Shown here: positions 1-22,429 of the stretch, in pieces
Numbering within the stretch: the stretch's first letter is position 1
Layout: the number at the start of each line of letters is the position of its first letter
DNA from: the human T2T-CHM13v2.0 reference genome, Homo sapiens
DNA length: 64,000 nt
NCBI RefSeq assembly: GCF_009914755.1
Contig: NC_060932.1
Strand: one strand, 5' to 3'
Notes under the pieces: generated by a model
Told to the model about the DNA's origin: nothing
Seen by the model: only the letters and a program-made list of their open reading frames with translations
The model's database searches: none
Made by a program: the position numbers and the translations under genes

Positions 1-339
1 GTAGTTTGTTTTTAATAACATCTTCCTTAGCTTTCTTTCACATACCACAGAGTTCGTCTGTTTAAGGTGTACCTACCATTCAGCGGTTTTTAAGGGGGCA
101 TTAGATTTTAAAGGAGGAAAAGTTTATGTTTTTGTTAGCATATGTCATTAAAGAAAATGATTATAATTTATCTATGGTCTTTATTAATTATTATGGAATG
201 GCTGTATATAGATAAGAGACAGAAGAAAGGAAAGAAAATTACGCATAATCATACATCATACTACCCCTAAAACAATAATAGCAATACTTTGGTTTGTTTC
301 TTTTTTTATCTCAATGCATTGGGTGTGTCTTTTTCTTTA

Positions 340-625
<286 letters not shown>

Positions 626-682
626 TGTTAATAATATCTTGATAACAAAAAGACCTCTTAAAGTGTTTAAAGTCCACAATAA

Positions 683-835
683 GGCCAGGCATGGTGGCAG
701 GCACCTGTGGAGCTACTCAGGAGGCTGAAGTGGGACAATTGCTCGAGCCCAGGAGTTTGAGGCTGCAGTGAGCTATGTTCGCACCACTGCACTCGAGCCT
801 GGGCAAGAGCGAGTGGAAAAAAGGAAAAAAAAAAA
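683..835 (+). mobile_element. Alu monomer / right arm
   Basis: ggccaggcatggtggcagg...cctgggcaagagcgag plus A-tail. Confidence 0.8.
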
Positions 836-972
836 GTCTATAATATAAAGTTTATTTTTTATCAGAGTACATTTATTTTTAGCCAGCCTCTAAACTCATC
901 CAGAGCCACATACACGTTGAGTACTTTGTTTTACCTAGACAGTTGTAAAGACATGGTACCTGCTATTGTTAA

Positions 973-1237
973 TTTTCTTTTTTTGTTTTGTTTTGTTTTG
1001 GAGATGGAGTCTCGCTCTGTTGCCCAGGCGGGAGTGCAGTGGTGTGATCTCCATTCACTGCAGCCTTGCCTTCCGGGTTCAAGCAATTCTCCTGCCTCAG
1101 CCTCCCAAGTAGCTGGGACTACAGGCCTGCGCCACCACACCCAGCTAATTTTTATGTTTTTAGTAGAGACAGGGTTTCACCATGTTGGTCAGGCTGGTCT
1201 CGAACTCCTGACCTCTAGTGAGCCGCTGCACCTGGCC
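973..1237 (-). mobile_element. Alu (AluS-like, internal deletion)
   Basis: Antisense Alu 110 nt upstream of the SLC39A14 last exon. Confidence 0.85.
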
Positions 1238-1244
1238 CTGATAA

Positions 1245-1496
<252 letters not shown>

Positions 1497-4480
1497 GGCT
1501 CTGCCAAGAGCCTGTGGGACTGGAAGTCGGGCCCTGGGCTGCCCGATCGCCAGCCCGAGGACTTACCATCCACAATGCACCACGGAAGAGGCCGTTCTAT
1601 GAAAAACTGACACAGACTGTATTCCTGCATTCAAATGTCAGCCGTTTGTAAAATGCTGTATCCTAGGAATAAGCTGCCCTGGTAACCAGTCTCTAGCTAG
1701 TGCCTCTTGCCCTCTCCTCACCTCCTTTTCTCTCAGTGACTCTGGAACCTGAATGCAGCTTACAAGACAAGCCTGACTTTTTTCTCTGATTACCTTGGCC
1801 TCCTCTTGGAACCAGTGCTGAAAGGTTTTGAATCCTTTACCCAACAATGCAAAAATAGAGCCAATGGTTATAACTTGGCTAGAAATATCAAGAGTTGAAT
1901 CCATAGTGTGGGGCCCATGACTCTAGCTGGGCACCTTGGACCTCCAGCTGGCCAATAGAAGAGACAGGAGACAGGAAGCCTTCCCATTTTTTCAAAGTCT
2001 GTTTAATTGCCTATTACTTCTCTCAAAGAGAACCTGAAGTCAGAACACATGAGCAGGGTGAGAGGTGAGGCAAGGTTCATCCTGAATGGGAGAGGAAGTC
2101 GAACCACTGCTGTGTGTCTTGTCAGGATGCTCACTTGTTCCTACTGAGATGCTGGATATTGATTTTGTAACAGCACCTGGTGTTTCACGGCTGTCCGAGT
2201 GAGCTAACGTGGCGGTGTGGCTGCCTGGACCTCCTCTTTCAGGTTAACGCTGACAGAATGGAGGCTCAGGCTGTCTGCAAGAAAACAGTTGGTTTGGCTG
2301 TGATTTTGACCTCCTCTTCCCCACTGCCATCTTCTAAGAGACTTTGTAGCTGCCTCCTAGAAGCACATTCTGAGCACATTTGAGACCTCTGTGTTAGAGG
2401 GGAGACTGCACAAACTATCCTCCCCCAGGTTGAGACGTCTGCAGAGTGGCAAGCTGACTTGTAGAAATGGGGTGCCATTTATGCTCTACTTAGACAAGGG
2501 TAATCAGAAATGGAATCAGTGCAGGCAAAATTTAGGATTTGCCGCTTCCATAAATCAAAGCATGACTAATAGGGGGTCTCTGAAATGTAAGGGCACAAAC
2601 TTCACTTAGGGCATCGCAGATGTTTGCAGAATGGTTGGCCTAATGATTATGCTACAGATGGGTTTTAAATGACCCGTCTAGGTTACTGCTTCCTTGCAAA
2701 AAAAGTCGAATCCTGCATTGAATTGAATATGAATTTCTCTAACTCTCTCCAGAAAATGGATGGAGATAACTTGTCTTTAAAACTGTAGGCCAGCCTTAGC
2801 CACTGTGGAGCCCTTGCCTCCGAGCTCTGGCTTCAAGGGGAGCTCTTCTCCAGGTTCACTAGGTGAATTGATTTATTATTATCATATTGATAATGTGAGA
2901 TTCTTTAGCCACTTTGGGGAGCCTGTCTCTCCAGAAGCCTTTCTTAGTGGTGCCCACAGTTGGAGCCCAGGGGCCATGTTTGCAAACTGATTCATGTGCA
3001 TGGCTGACAGGAGTACTGGTTCACTACCAATGCCTGAGCTTTTCTCTTACATAGAAAAACTGTCCACTCTCAGTAATCACAAGCAGCATCCGTTTTGTTT
3101 TCTCTTCTTGGGAGACATCTGTCAAACCAGGAATATTCTTGAAAAGAACGTGAGCAGGAAAAACTGCTGGTGATACTTTTTTTAAGTTTTGTTTTTATCT
3201 TGCCTGTTGGCTTCAATACATTTGAGAATACGCTGAAGAGGGAAAATTTCAGTGATGGAGATTCTAGATTAAATATCAGGACTGATTTCCTGGTGGGAGG
3301 ATTATGGTCCAGTTTTACCAAAGAACCAATTCCTTGAATGTTGGAATCTAACTTTTTATATTGTCATTATTATTGTTGTTTTTAAACGGTTCTTTGTCTT
3401 TTCTGTTTTATTTTTCTCAAGCTGCTTTCAGGAGCTAGCAGAAAATAACTCAAAGTTGAAGACTCTGGAAGATTTTGCTTTAACCTAACTCGCATTGATG
3501 TATTAAATTTATAATTTTAGCATTCCCAATAGATCCTATCATTCCTTAAACATAATACCCTTTGTCTTGGAGTAGAATACTAAGTTAGAGTTAGTGGATT
3601 TCTAGTTTAGGAGAGGAGCTCAAAACTATAATCTTTAACAAATTGAAAAATGAAATAGGGTGTTTTCCCTTTTTGTGCACACCTATATTACCTTAAGAAA
3701 TTTCCTTCCATAGACAGCTGCCTCAAAGGGAAATCCTCTTTAAACCGTAGTTGGCGCAGAGGTCAGTCCTAGTCGGAGCTTAGGAGGGGCGGAGACGCTC
3801 ACATCGTCTGACTTGAGTCGCCACTGATTGTGGCAACAGCTTTGCCTCATGAGTCAAAAATTGGCAATTTCTTTTGATTTTTAGTTGTTGAATTTGCTGT
3901 TTCAAGCATTTGTACATATTAGAAGTCTAAGGAGTAGCAAGTCAGTGGGAGGACTTTTTCACCCCTGGCATTAGCAGCTTCGACCTCATTTTCCAGATGC
4001 ACCAGCTCCTATTAATAAGTTAGCAAGGAAAGTGTATGTCACGTGCAGGAACAGTGAGGCAGGGACAGGGGTTCTGCTCCTTCTCACTTCACCACCGGCA
4101 CACAGCTTGCCCCTGTCTTTGCCCCCAAAGGTATTTTGTGTCTAGTGTCACATTGGAGCTATTCTTCACTGGTCCTTAACCTTGGGTTTTAAAAAGAAGG
4201 CTTCTCTGTTTGGGTAGCGTAAGAGCTGAGTATAGTAAGTCCTCTTCCAAAGAGATGGCAATATGCTGGGCATCTACTTTAAAACAAAGTTGTCTGATTT
4301 TTGCAAGAGAGGTTAGGATTTTATTGTTCTTATTTCCCTTTACAGTTCTGCAGTTCCATCACAGTATTTTTTTAAATAACTCAGGTGTATGAGAAGAAAT
4401 TAGAAAAGAAAATTAACTTATGTGGACTGTAAATGTTTTATTTGTAAGATTCTATAAATAAAGCTATATTCTGTAATTGT
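1497..4480 (+). other. SLC39A14: SLC39A14 canonical 3'UTR (~3 kb)
   Basis: Continuous Alu-free sequence from the stop codon to AATAAA at 4457. The cleavage site is approximate. Confidence 0.85.
4457..4462 (+). terminator. Polyadenylation signal AATAAA (main SLC39A14 site)
   Basis: AATAAA preceded by TGTA elements and a U-rich stretch, followed by ttgttg. Confidence 0.8.
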
Positions 4481-4506
4481 TGAGAATCCCACGGGTGATC
4501 ATTTGC

Positions 4507-4512
4507 AATAAA
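4507..4512 (+). terminator. Second tandem AATAAA
   Basis: AATAAA 50 nt downstream of the first, followed by GT/T-rich sequence. Confidence 0.5.
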
Positions 4513-4564
4513 TGTGGATGTAATGAAGGCTGTTGAACACAAGGTGGCGATGGTGTCTCACTGA

Positions 4565-5570
<1,006 letters not shown>

Positions 5571-5583
5571 ATACTCACTTTAA

Positions 5584-5589
<6 letters not shown>

Positions 5590-5641
<52 letters not shown>
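5590..5641. repeat. (CT)n microsatellite, ~25 units
   Basis: Direct reading. Confidence 0.95.
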
Positions 5642-5644
<3 letters not shown>

Positions 5645-6572
5645 TATCTTCCTATGTAGATAGATAACTGTTATCTACAGATAAAGTTTTATATCTATCT
5701 AGAGAGAGAGAGTGAGCTTGAACTCCCAGGCTCAAGCAATCTTCCTGCCTTAACCTTTTGAGTAGCTGGGACTAGAGGTGAGCACTACCATGCCTGATTA
5801 ATTTTTTAATTTTTTTTTTTTATAGAAACATCTTGCTACGTTGCCCAAGCTAGCCTTGAACTCTTGGCCTCCCAAAGTGCTGGGATTATAGGCGCAGATC
5901 ACCAAGCCTGGCCAAAATCGATTAGTTTATCTCTTTCGGAGGCTGTGATCTCACTGTGTTGCATGATAGAAGAATTGTGGTGTTTCCAAGAAGACTTTTC
6001 TATCACCCTGTTTTCTCTTACATAAACTTGAAACTTGTAACGTTTGCTTAGTTTGTTTAAGCCACATTTCTATATCTTACAGGGAAAAGTCCTCTGTCAA
6101 TGCGACTTAAAATGCTAAAGCTATTCCCATTCCAATTTAGTTGTAGGGTCAGGGATCTGTTTTTCTTCGACAACAGAAATGACCAGTAAGATAAAAAAAA
6201 AGTTGGTTCAATCTTATGACTACCTCCATTAGAGATTTTCAAATGCCTGTTAGTCCTTCCTTTGTTAAAACAAGAATAATATATGAAGTGGCTCGTGTTG
6301 GTCGTTTAATTTGCATTACCTCACTACTACGCCATTTGCTATTCAAAATGACATTCACACTGCCCTTCAGCTCCTGACACCTCGACGTCCTTTTCTGCCT
6401 ACAGTCCCTCCTGCCTTTCCAGGAGTCTGTCTCTGCATACCTCAGTTACAGGACTTGCATTGTAATTGCTGTTCTTTGCATACCAAATTCCTTCTGGGTG
6501 GAGGCCGTATCTGGTTTCTTTCTGTGATGTCAGCACTGGCCATATGGAAAGAATGAATGAAAAAACTAAATG

Positions 6573-6924
<352 letters not shown>

Positions 6925-7718
6925 TCACTTTCCATGGTGAGCAGTTCCTGTTGTGTCTTCCAGTCATCAGTGATGGTTTCGCTTATGCTTTATTACTCGG
7001 TCCACCTTAATTTAGAAATGTAAGTTTGAGAGAGGTGTACTTGTGGCCCGCGTGGAACAGAGCTAGGCAAAGTAAACAGGCCATTAAGTAGATTAAAACC
7101 GTGACCTTAGCCATCTCTTTGTAATACTCTTAATCAGCTAAGCCATCTAGGACATTTTTGGTGGAAGGTGAAATAACTGAAATTCAAAAAATGCTATGAG
7201 TGTTCTCTCCTACTTTCTTCCTTCTGTGCACTTTACCATTCAGTGATGCTTGGATTGGATTTGGGCAAAACCCACTTCAAGAAATAGCAAACACACTAAA
7301 TGTGGACGTAGTGTTTTTGATGCGTGGGAAAACATTGCATTCGTGATTGGTGGCTTTCGGCTGACTTTTTTTTTTTTTTTAATAGTGGAAAAAAAATCAG
7401 TGGTTGGGAGCGATCCACAGGTCCTTTATCAGCCTTCAGCTAAGTATGCTTAGAACTGCCAGCCAAAAAACAGTTGTATTTCTTTTCAGCAGATGTCTAT
7501 TCTTGCCAGATGTCTTTTCAGGAGTTTTTTGTTTTTGTTTTTGTTTTTTAATGAAGGAAGGGAGTTAATGGAGTATCCTTTGTAACAGCAATCCTTGATC
7601 CAGCAGTGGGTCAGATTCCAAGATGGTAGTAGCATCAATTATGGTTAAGGAATAATCCCAAAGTGTTCTGACCCTGGCAATCATAAGCCAAGAAGTTCTT
7701 CTACTAGGCTCTAGATGG

Positions 7719-8330
7719 TTTTTTTTTTTGTTTTTTTTTTTTTTTTTTTGAGCAGAGTTTTGCTCTTGTTGCCCAGCCTGGAGCACAATGGTGCGATCTC
7801 GGCTCACCGCAACCTCCACCTCCCAGATTCAAGCGATTCTTCTGTCTCAGCCTTACCAAGTAGCTGGGATTATAGGCATGAGCCACCAAGCCTGGCCAAT
7901 TTTGTATTTTTAGTAGAGATGAGGTTTCTCCATATGGGTCAGGTTGGTCTCGAACTCCCGACCTCAGGTGATCCGCCCACCCTGGCCTCCCAAAGTGCTG
8001 GGATTACAGGCGTGAGCCACCGCGCCCGGCTTGTTTTTATTTTATTTTATTTTGAGACAGGGTCTTGCTCTGTCACTCAGGCTAGAGTGCAGTTTCTCGA
8101 TCATGGCTCGCTGCAGCCTCAATCTCCTGGGCTCAAGTGATTCTCCCACCTCAGCTCCCAATTAGCTGGGGGTACAGGCATGCGCCACCACACCTGGCTA
8201 ATTTTGATTTTTAGTGGAAAGGAGGTCTCGTTAAGTTGCCCGGGCTGGTCTCGAACTCCAGGGCTCAAGCAATCCTCCTGACTAGGCCTCCGAAAGTGCT
8301 GGGATGACAGGCATGGGCCATTGCACCCGG
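7719..8330 (-). mobile_element. Two tandem antisense Alus (AluS + AluJ)
   Basis: Alu consensus; ctctagatg flanks the pair. Confidence 0.88.
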
Positions 8331-8484
8331 ACTCTCTAGATGTTTTTCTACAACCGGTTTACTTATAGATTTGTGGAACACTGAGGTTCCCTAAGAATAA
8401 ACTCAGGCAATAATCCACACAGGTTTTCACAAATCCATTCGTGTGACACAAAGCCATCAGGAATCTCCCAGAGGAGGCTCCTGA

Positions 8485-9183
<699 letters not shown>

Positions 9184-9727
9184 TTAAATGCATCAAAATC
9201 AAAGAATGACCCAAGCTAATTAATAGGACATTCACCCCAAAATTTGATGTCAACCTTTGGGTTTTAAGAAGGAAAACAACTAATTCAATAAAGGGAATCA
9301 TTTTCTTGCTTAAAATAAAGGATTAGGTCTTTAATTATAAATGCTAGTAAGGAAAAAAAAAAAACCTCTTTGATCTTGAGTATCCTCCCAGAATAGGCGA
9401 TTCTTTCAAGTGGCATCTTCTCTATAACTTCTTGAAGTTTATAAAAACAAGCTCTTTTGAAGCCATTGTCTGGTTGTATTCTATAGATGTGGCCCTTGAA
9501 GTGAAATATCTTACGCTGCCAAATTCACACAATTTAAGCATTTAGTGATTCTGCAAATATTGTAGGATTCTTTCCCCCTCTTGAAAATCAAGAGAACAGG
9601 AGAGAGAGATGGAATTTACATTTTTCTTTTCTGGGAAAGCTGATTTAAACAAAGGGATCATACTGATTTTTCAGTATACATGATTCAGTGAAATAGTCTA
9701 ACTAAAAGGGTGGTAAAATCTAAACAG

Positions 9728-11165
<1,438 letters not shown>

Positions 11166-11559
11166 TCATGTCAATTCCATCATTGACTATCTGTGTGATC
11201 TCTAACATGTTTAACCTCTCTGCACCTCAATATTTTTATGAAGTAGAAATTATAATTTTATACTGCCTACCTTATAAGGTAGGTATAAGTATAATGAGAA
11301 GTAAATATGCAAAATGTTTTATAAATTAAAGCTCTGTACTAGTAGTAATTAACATTTTGTTCTTTGGATTCCTTTGAGAATCTGAAAAATACATGATTGC
11401 TCATACACACTCATAGCATGTGTAAATATACTCCAACCTTTAATTTCATTTATAATTGGGAGCAGCATGGGGATGGGAGGTAGACGAGAAGGGAATGATC
11501 TCCTGAAGCCCCTGTGCCCCAGGTGAAAAACTTCTGCTGCAGACAAGAGTAAGATGAAA

Positions 11560-11960
11560 TCCATTCATTCAACAAATTGTTGAGCTCCAACTCTGCCAAG
11601 CTTGGCATGACATAGCAGTGAAAGATCCTTCCCTTAAGGAGTGAGGGGAAATAAACAAAAACCAAGTGCTACAGATAAATTAACACGGGGGAGTGAGGTA
11701 GGGAATGGGCAGACAGGGATAGAGGTGATCAGGAAAGGGCTCTAACCAGATGACATCTGAGTTGAGCTTTGTGACTGTAGAAGAATGTTCTAAGCCAAAG
11801 GGCCGGCCAACGCAAGAATGCTGAGACAGAAATAAGCTTCATCTATTTGAGGCCAGTATGTGTAAACAGCAGAAACAAGGCCAGTCTGTCTGGACTGCAG
11901 CAGACATGAGGGAAGAAGGTTGGTGGGAGCTCAAAGTTGACAGGAGTCAGACCACTTCGG
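11560..11960. mobile_element. L2 remnant
   Basis: cattcattcaacaaat...tgagc L2 3'-end signature. Confidence 0.6.
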
Positions 11961-11975
11961 GAAAGGAGAAGACAT

Positions 11976-13115
<1,140 letters not shown>

Positions 13116-13878
13116 TATATAGTGCTTTTCGTATAAAATTGCAGATTATACATTATAATATACCTTTTGTTTTGTGTAGCTATTTTAGAAATGCTCATTT
13201 TACTCTGGTTTTTAAAATATTCTACAGTTCTCTTACCTGCATTTAACACAGAAGTTGAACATTTAATGGCTTCATATAAATAGAAACTGACGCCAGGTTA
13301 CTTTCACACAGCAGTGGAAACAAGGGTTCCCTGTGCTTTTGTTAAATTAAAAGTGTTCATAATTATGTCTCAGAGGAGCTGGTCATTAATCAAGGTTTAG
13401 GAAGCGCTCAGGGAGTTTCATGAGGAAATACACCAAAGCTCGCAAGCCCTGTAAGAAGGAAACCCAGATTTGAAGAAATGTATAGAAATGATAGTTAAAC
13501 ATGAATCTTGGTTATTTCAAATATTTATGTCTTCTGACTGACCAATGCAGAAAATAAAAAAAAGTGGGGGGATACAAAATTCACCAAGTGGACATCTGGC
13601 CAGATGGAGAGATCCACCAGCTGAATGAAATTGGGCTCTCCAATGATTCTTGAGAATTGTTAATGTCTAAAAACACCACCACACAAGCAATGAACTTAAA
13701 CCTAATTTGTTATGGAAAACAATTGTTTGGGAAGGGAGCTCAATTAGAGCTTTCTTCTTTTTAAATTTTCATGGAGTGGCTCTAGATGTTTTGTTTGTTT
13801 TTGTTTTAATCAGAAAAGACATTGAGAAAGCAATGAATGTTTAACTCTATTGGAACTAGGCCACTAAAAGAAAAGAGC

Positions 13879-15690
<1,812 letters not shown>

Positions 15691-15696
15691 ATGTTT

Positions 15697-15838
15697 ATGT
15701 TTTTGTTTTTGTTTTTTTAGATGGAGTTTTGCTCTGTTGCCCAGGCTGGAGTGCAATGGTGCCATCTCAGCTCACTGCAACCTCTGCCGCTTGGGTTGAA
15801 GCGATTATCCTGTCTAAGCCTCCCGAGTAACTGAGCCA
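15697..15838 (-). mobile_element. 5'-truncated antisense Alu (exonised), TSD GCCATGTTT
   Basis: Right-arm fragment bounded by GCCATGTTT at 15688-15696 and 15839-15847. Confidence 0.85.
15721..15834 (+). CDS. SLC39A14: Alu-derived alternative terminal coding exon of SLC39A14 ([37 protein letters not shown])
   Basis: T-rich tract plus TAG acceptor (AG at 15719-15720); open in phase 0 like the canonical last exon; TGA at 15832-15834; AATAAA at 15851. The peptide matches my recollection of an annotated ZIP14 isoform C-terminus. Confidence 0.8.
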   Translation: MEFCSVAQAGVQWCHLSSLQPLPLGLKRLSCLSLPSN

Positions 15839-15850
15839 GCCATGTTTGTT

Positions 15851-15856
15851 AATAAA
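15851..15856 (+). terminator. Polyadenylation signal for the alternative SLC39A14 last exon
   Basis: AATAAA 16 nt after the TGA, with a T-rich downstream element near 15881-15907. Confidence 0.7.
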
Positions 15857-16180
15857 AATGGGGACAATACTGTATATATATGGTTATATTTTAGCTTTTT
15901 CACTTTTCAGTATCTCCTGAGGCTTTTCTCATGTCATTAAATATTTTTCTAATTTAAAATATGGTATTTCCTAACTGCATGATGTTCCATTCAATCATAT
16001 TTCATGTAACCATTTTTCCTATATGGATGAAATCATATAGTAGATATCATTTTGTGGCTTGCTTCTTTTGCTCAGCGTAATGTATTTTAGAGGTTCATTC
16101 ATGTTGTTGCCTGTAGCAGTAATTATTTCTCTTTTATTAGCTGAATAGTATTCCATTCTATGGAATTTTACAATTAACAT
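15857..16180 (-). mobile_element. Old L1M fragments
   Basis: ttcattcatgttgttgc...ctgaatagtattccatt, antisense L1M 3' signature. Confidence 0.6.
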
Positions 16181-16220
16181 CTAAAAAAAAATAATGAACT
16201 GCTTATAGGAGGGAAGCTGG

Positions 16221-16331
16221 GTGCTCTTTTCCACAGCACACATACTAAAATAGGAATGATACAGAGAAGATTACCATGGCTCCTGTGCAAGGATGACACA
16301 CACATTTGTGAAGCATTAAAAGAAAAAAAAA
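16221..16331 (+). pseudogene. U6 snRNA retropseudogene with A-rich tail
   Basis: 16221-16317 aligns ungapped to U6 nt 1-97 with 14 mismatches (recalled consensus). ACAGAGA box intact, AGC triad mutated to ACC, A-tail, degenerate TSD GAGGGAAGCTG/GAAGGAAACTG. Confidence 0.93.
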
Positions 16332-16399
16332 GAAGGAAACTGAGGGCAGGGAAATAAGTGAGAATTTACTTTTCTTCTACATACTTTTGCAGTATTTAA

Positions 16400-20071
<3,672 letters not shown>

Positions 20072-20140
20072 CTACAGAATGACATCTGGATTCTGTAAAT
20101 TCATGTATACCATGCTTGAGGACTCATGCCGCATATTCCA

Positions 20141-20183
20141 CGTGGTGCTATAGAAAAAGTTCGTGGTGCTATAGAAAAAGTTC
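20141..20183. repeat. Perfect 21-bp tandem duplication CGTGGTGCTATAGAAAAAGTT x2
   Basis: Direct reading. Confidence 0.95.
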
Positions 20184-20234
20184 AGGTACTGCACGTCTCT
20201 TGACGATGATGGTGTTCACTAAGCCTCCTACCAG

Positions 20235-21305
<1,071 letters not shown>

Positions 21306-21692
21306 TTTTTTTTTTCTTTTTTGCCGGCCCGCAATGTTTTCTTAAACTTTTTATTTTTAGCTATCCTGTTGAGGTTCTTCCAGATGAATTTTAGCCTCTG
21401 ACCCAGGGGTATGATTTGATAGGCGTGGAGTTCTGGTTACTTCTTAAATGAAGAGTTTCCCCAGGATATCTGAACAATTCTCTTGGGTGGAAGACTCAAG
21501 GATCATGAAAACGAAAACCAAATTCTAGTCGGCTCCTAAAGTCCTTTTGCCTCCTGCGGTTACCATCAAAGAGCTATGGTCAAAATTCCAAGGGATAATT
21601 CAGGGTCTGATTCCACTATATATCCCCAGACCGCCTATACATAAATCCATATTATTGGAGATTTACGCTTAATCCTATAATCTTTTACCTAA

Positions 21693-21810
21693 CAGCTGTC
21701 CAGTAGAATTTTCTGGATGTCCAATAAGGTAGCCGCGTGTAGCTCTTGAACACTTGAAATGTGGCTAGTCCCCTAGAGGAACGGGATTAATTTAAATTTA
21801 CATAGCTACA
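21693..21810. mobile_element. MER3-like hAT MITE remnant
   Basis: gctgtccagtagaattttctg...cacttgaaatgtggctagt. Confidence 0.55.
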
Positions 21811-22429
21811 ACTACTTATCGGTCACTGCGGTAATTGTTAAGACTGGTTTTGCCTGTAACTTGCATATGTTTTATTGGACATCAGTTTCAATATTTCATT
21901 TGCATTGCTAAAAGTCAAAATCCTTTTGACTTTGCCAGTTACTCAGTGAGAGGACAGTTGGAGCCAGTTTCTGTTCTAGGCTTACAGTTTTAAGGACAGA
22001 TAAAGGTTAGTTTTTAACCTCGAGATGAACAGACTGTTAAGTTTCTACGGACTTGCCCATGGGGTTCCACAGTGAGCCTGGGCCGGGGAGGCAGGTACTG
22101 TGTCAGGGGGAAGAAAAAAGGGGCTTCTAGCTGGGCAGGTGACACACAGGGCATAGGAAGAGGTCAGTTCTTGTGGCCGAGGAGGTCCGGCCCGGGGGTC
22201 CCAGGAGCAGAGATCTCCCTTCTCTTCGATGTGGAAAGTGAGGAGGGAGCAGAGCCTTGCTCAGAAACGGAGCTCCCCCAATCCCCCACCGCCCTAGCTA
22301 CTGGACTGGAACTAGGATGGACACGAATGTCCTTCTCATTGTACTAACTGCACTCAACAAGCGGGAAAGATGAAGCGAGGGGGTTTAAATGTGTGCGTTT
22401 GTTGAATGACCCACAAAAACTGAAGGAGC

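Noticed and set aside
1497-4480. Iron-responsive element in the ZIP14 3'UTR
   Set aside because: The CAGTG loops I found (near 1734, 1813, 2517, 3250, 3943, 4052) lack the 5-bp stem and bulged C
16221-16317. Functional U6 gene
   Set aside because: AGC triad and 5' stem mutated, no oligo-T terminator, A-tail and TSD indicate a retrocopy
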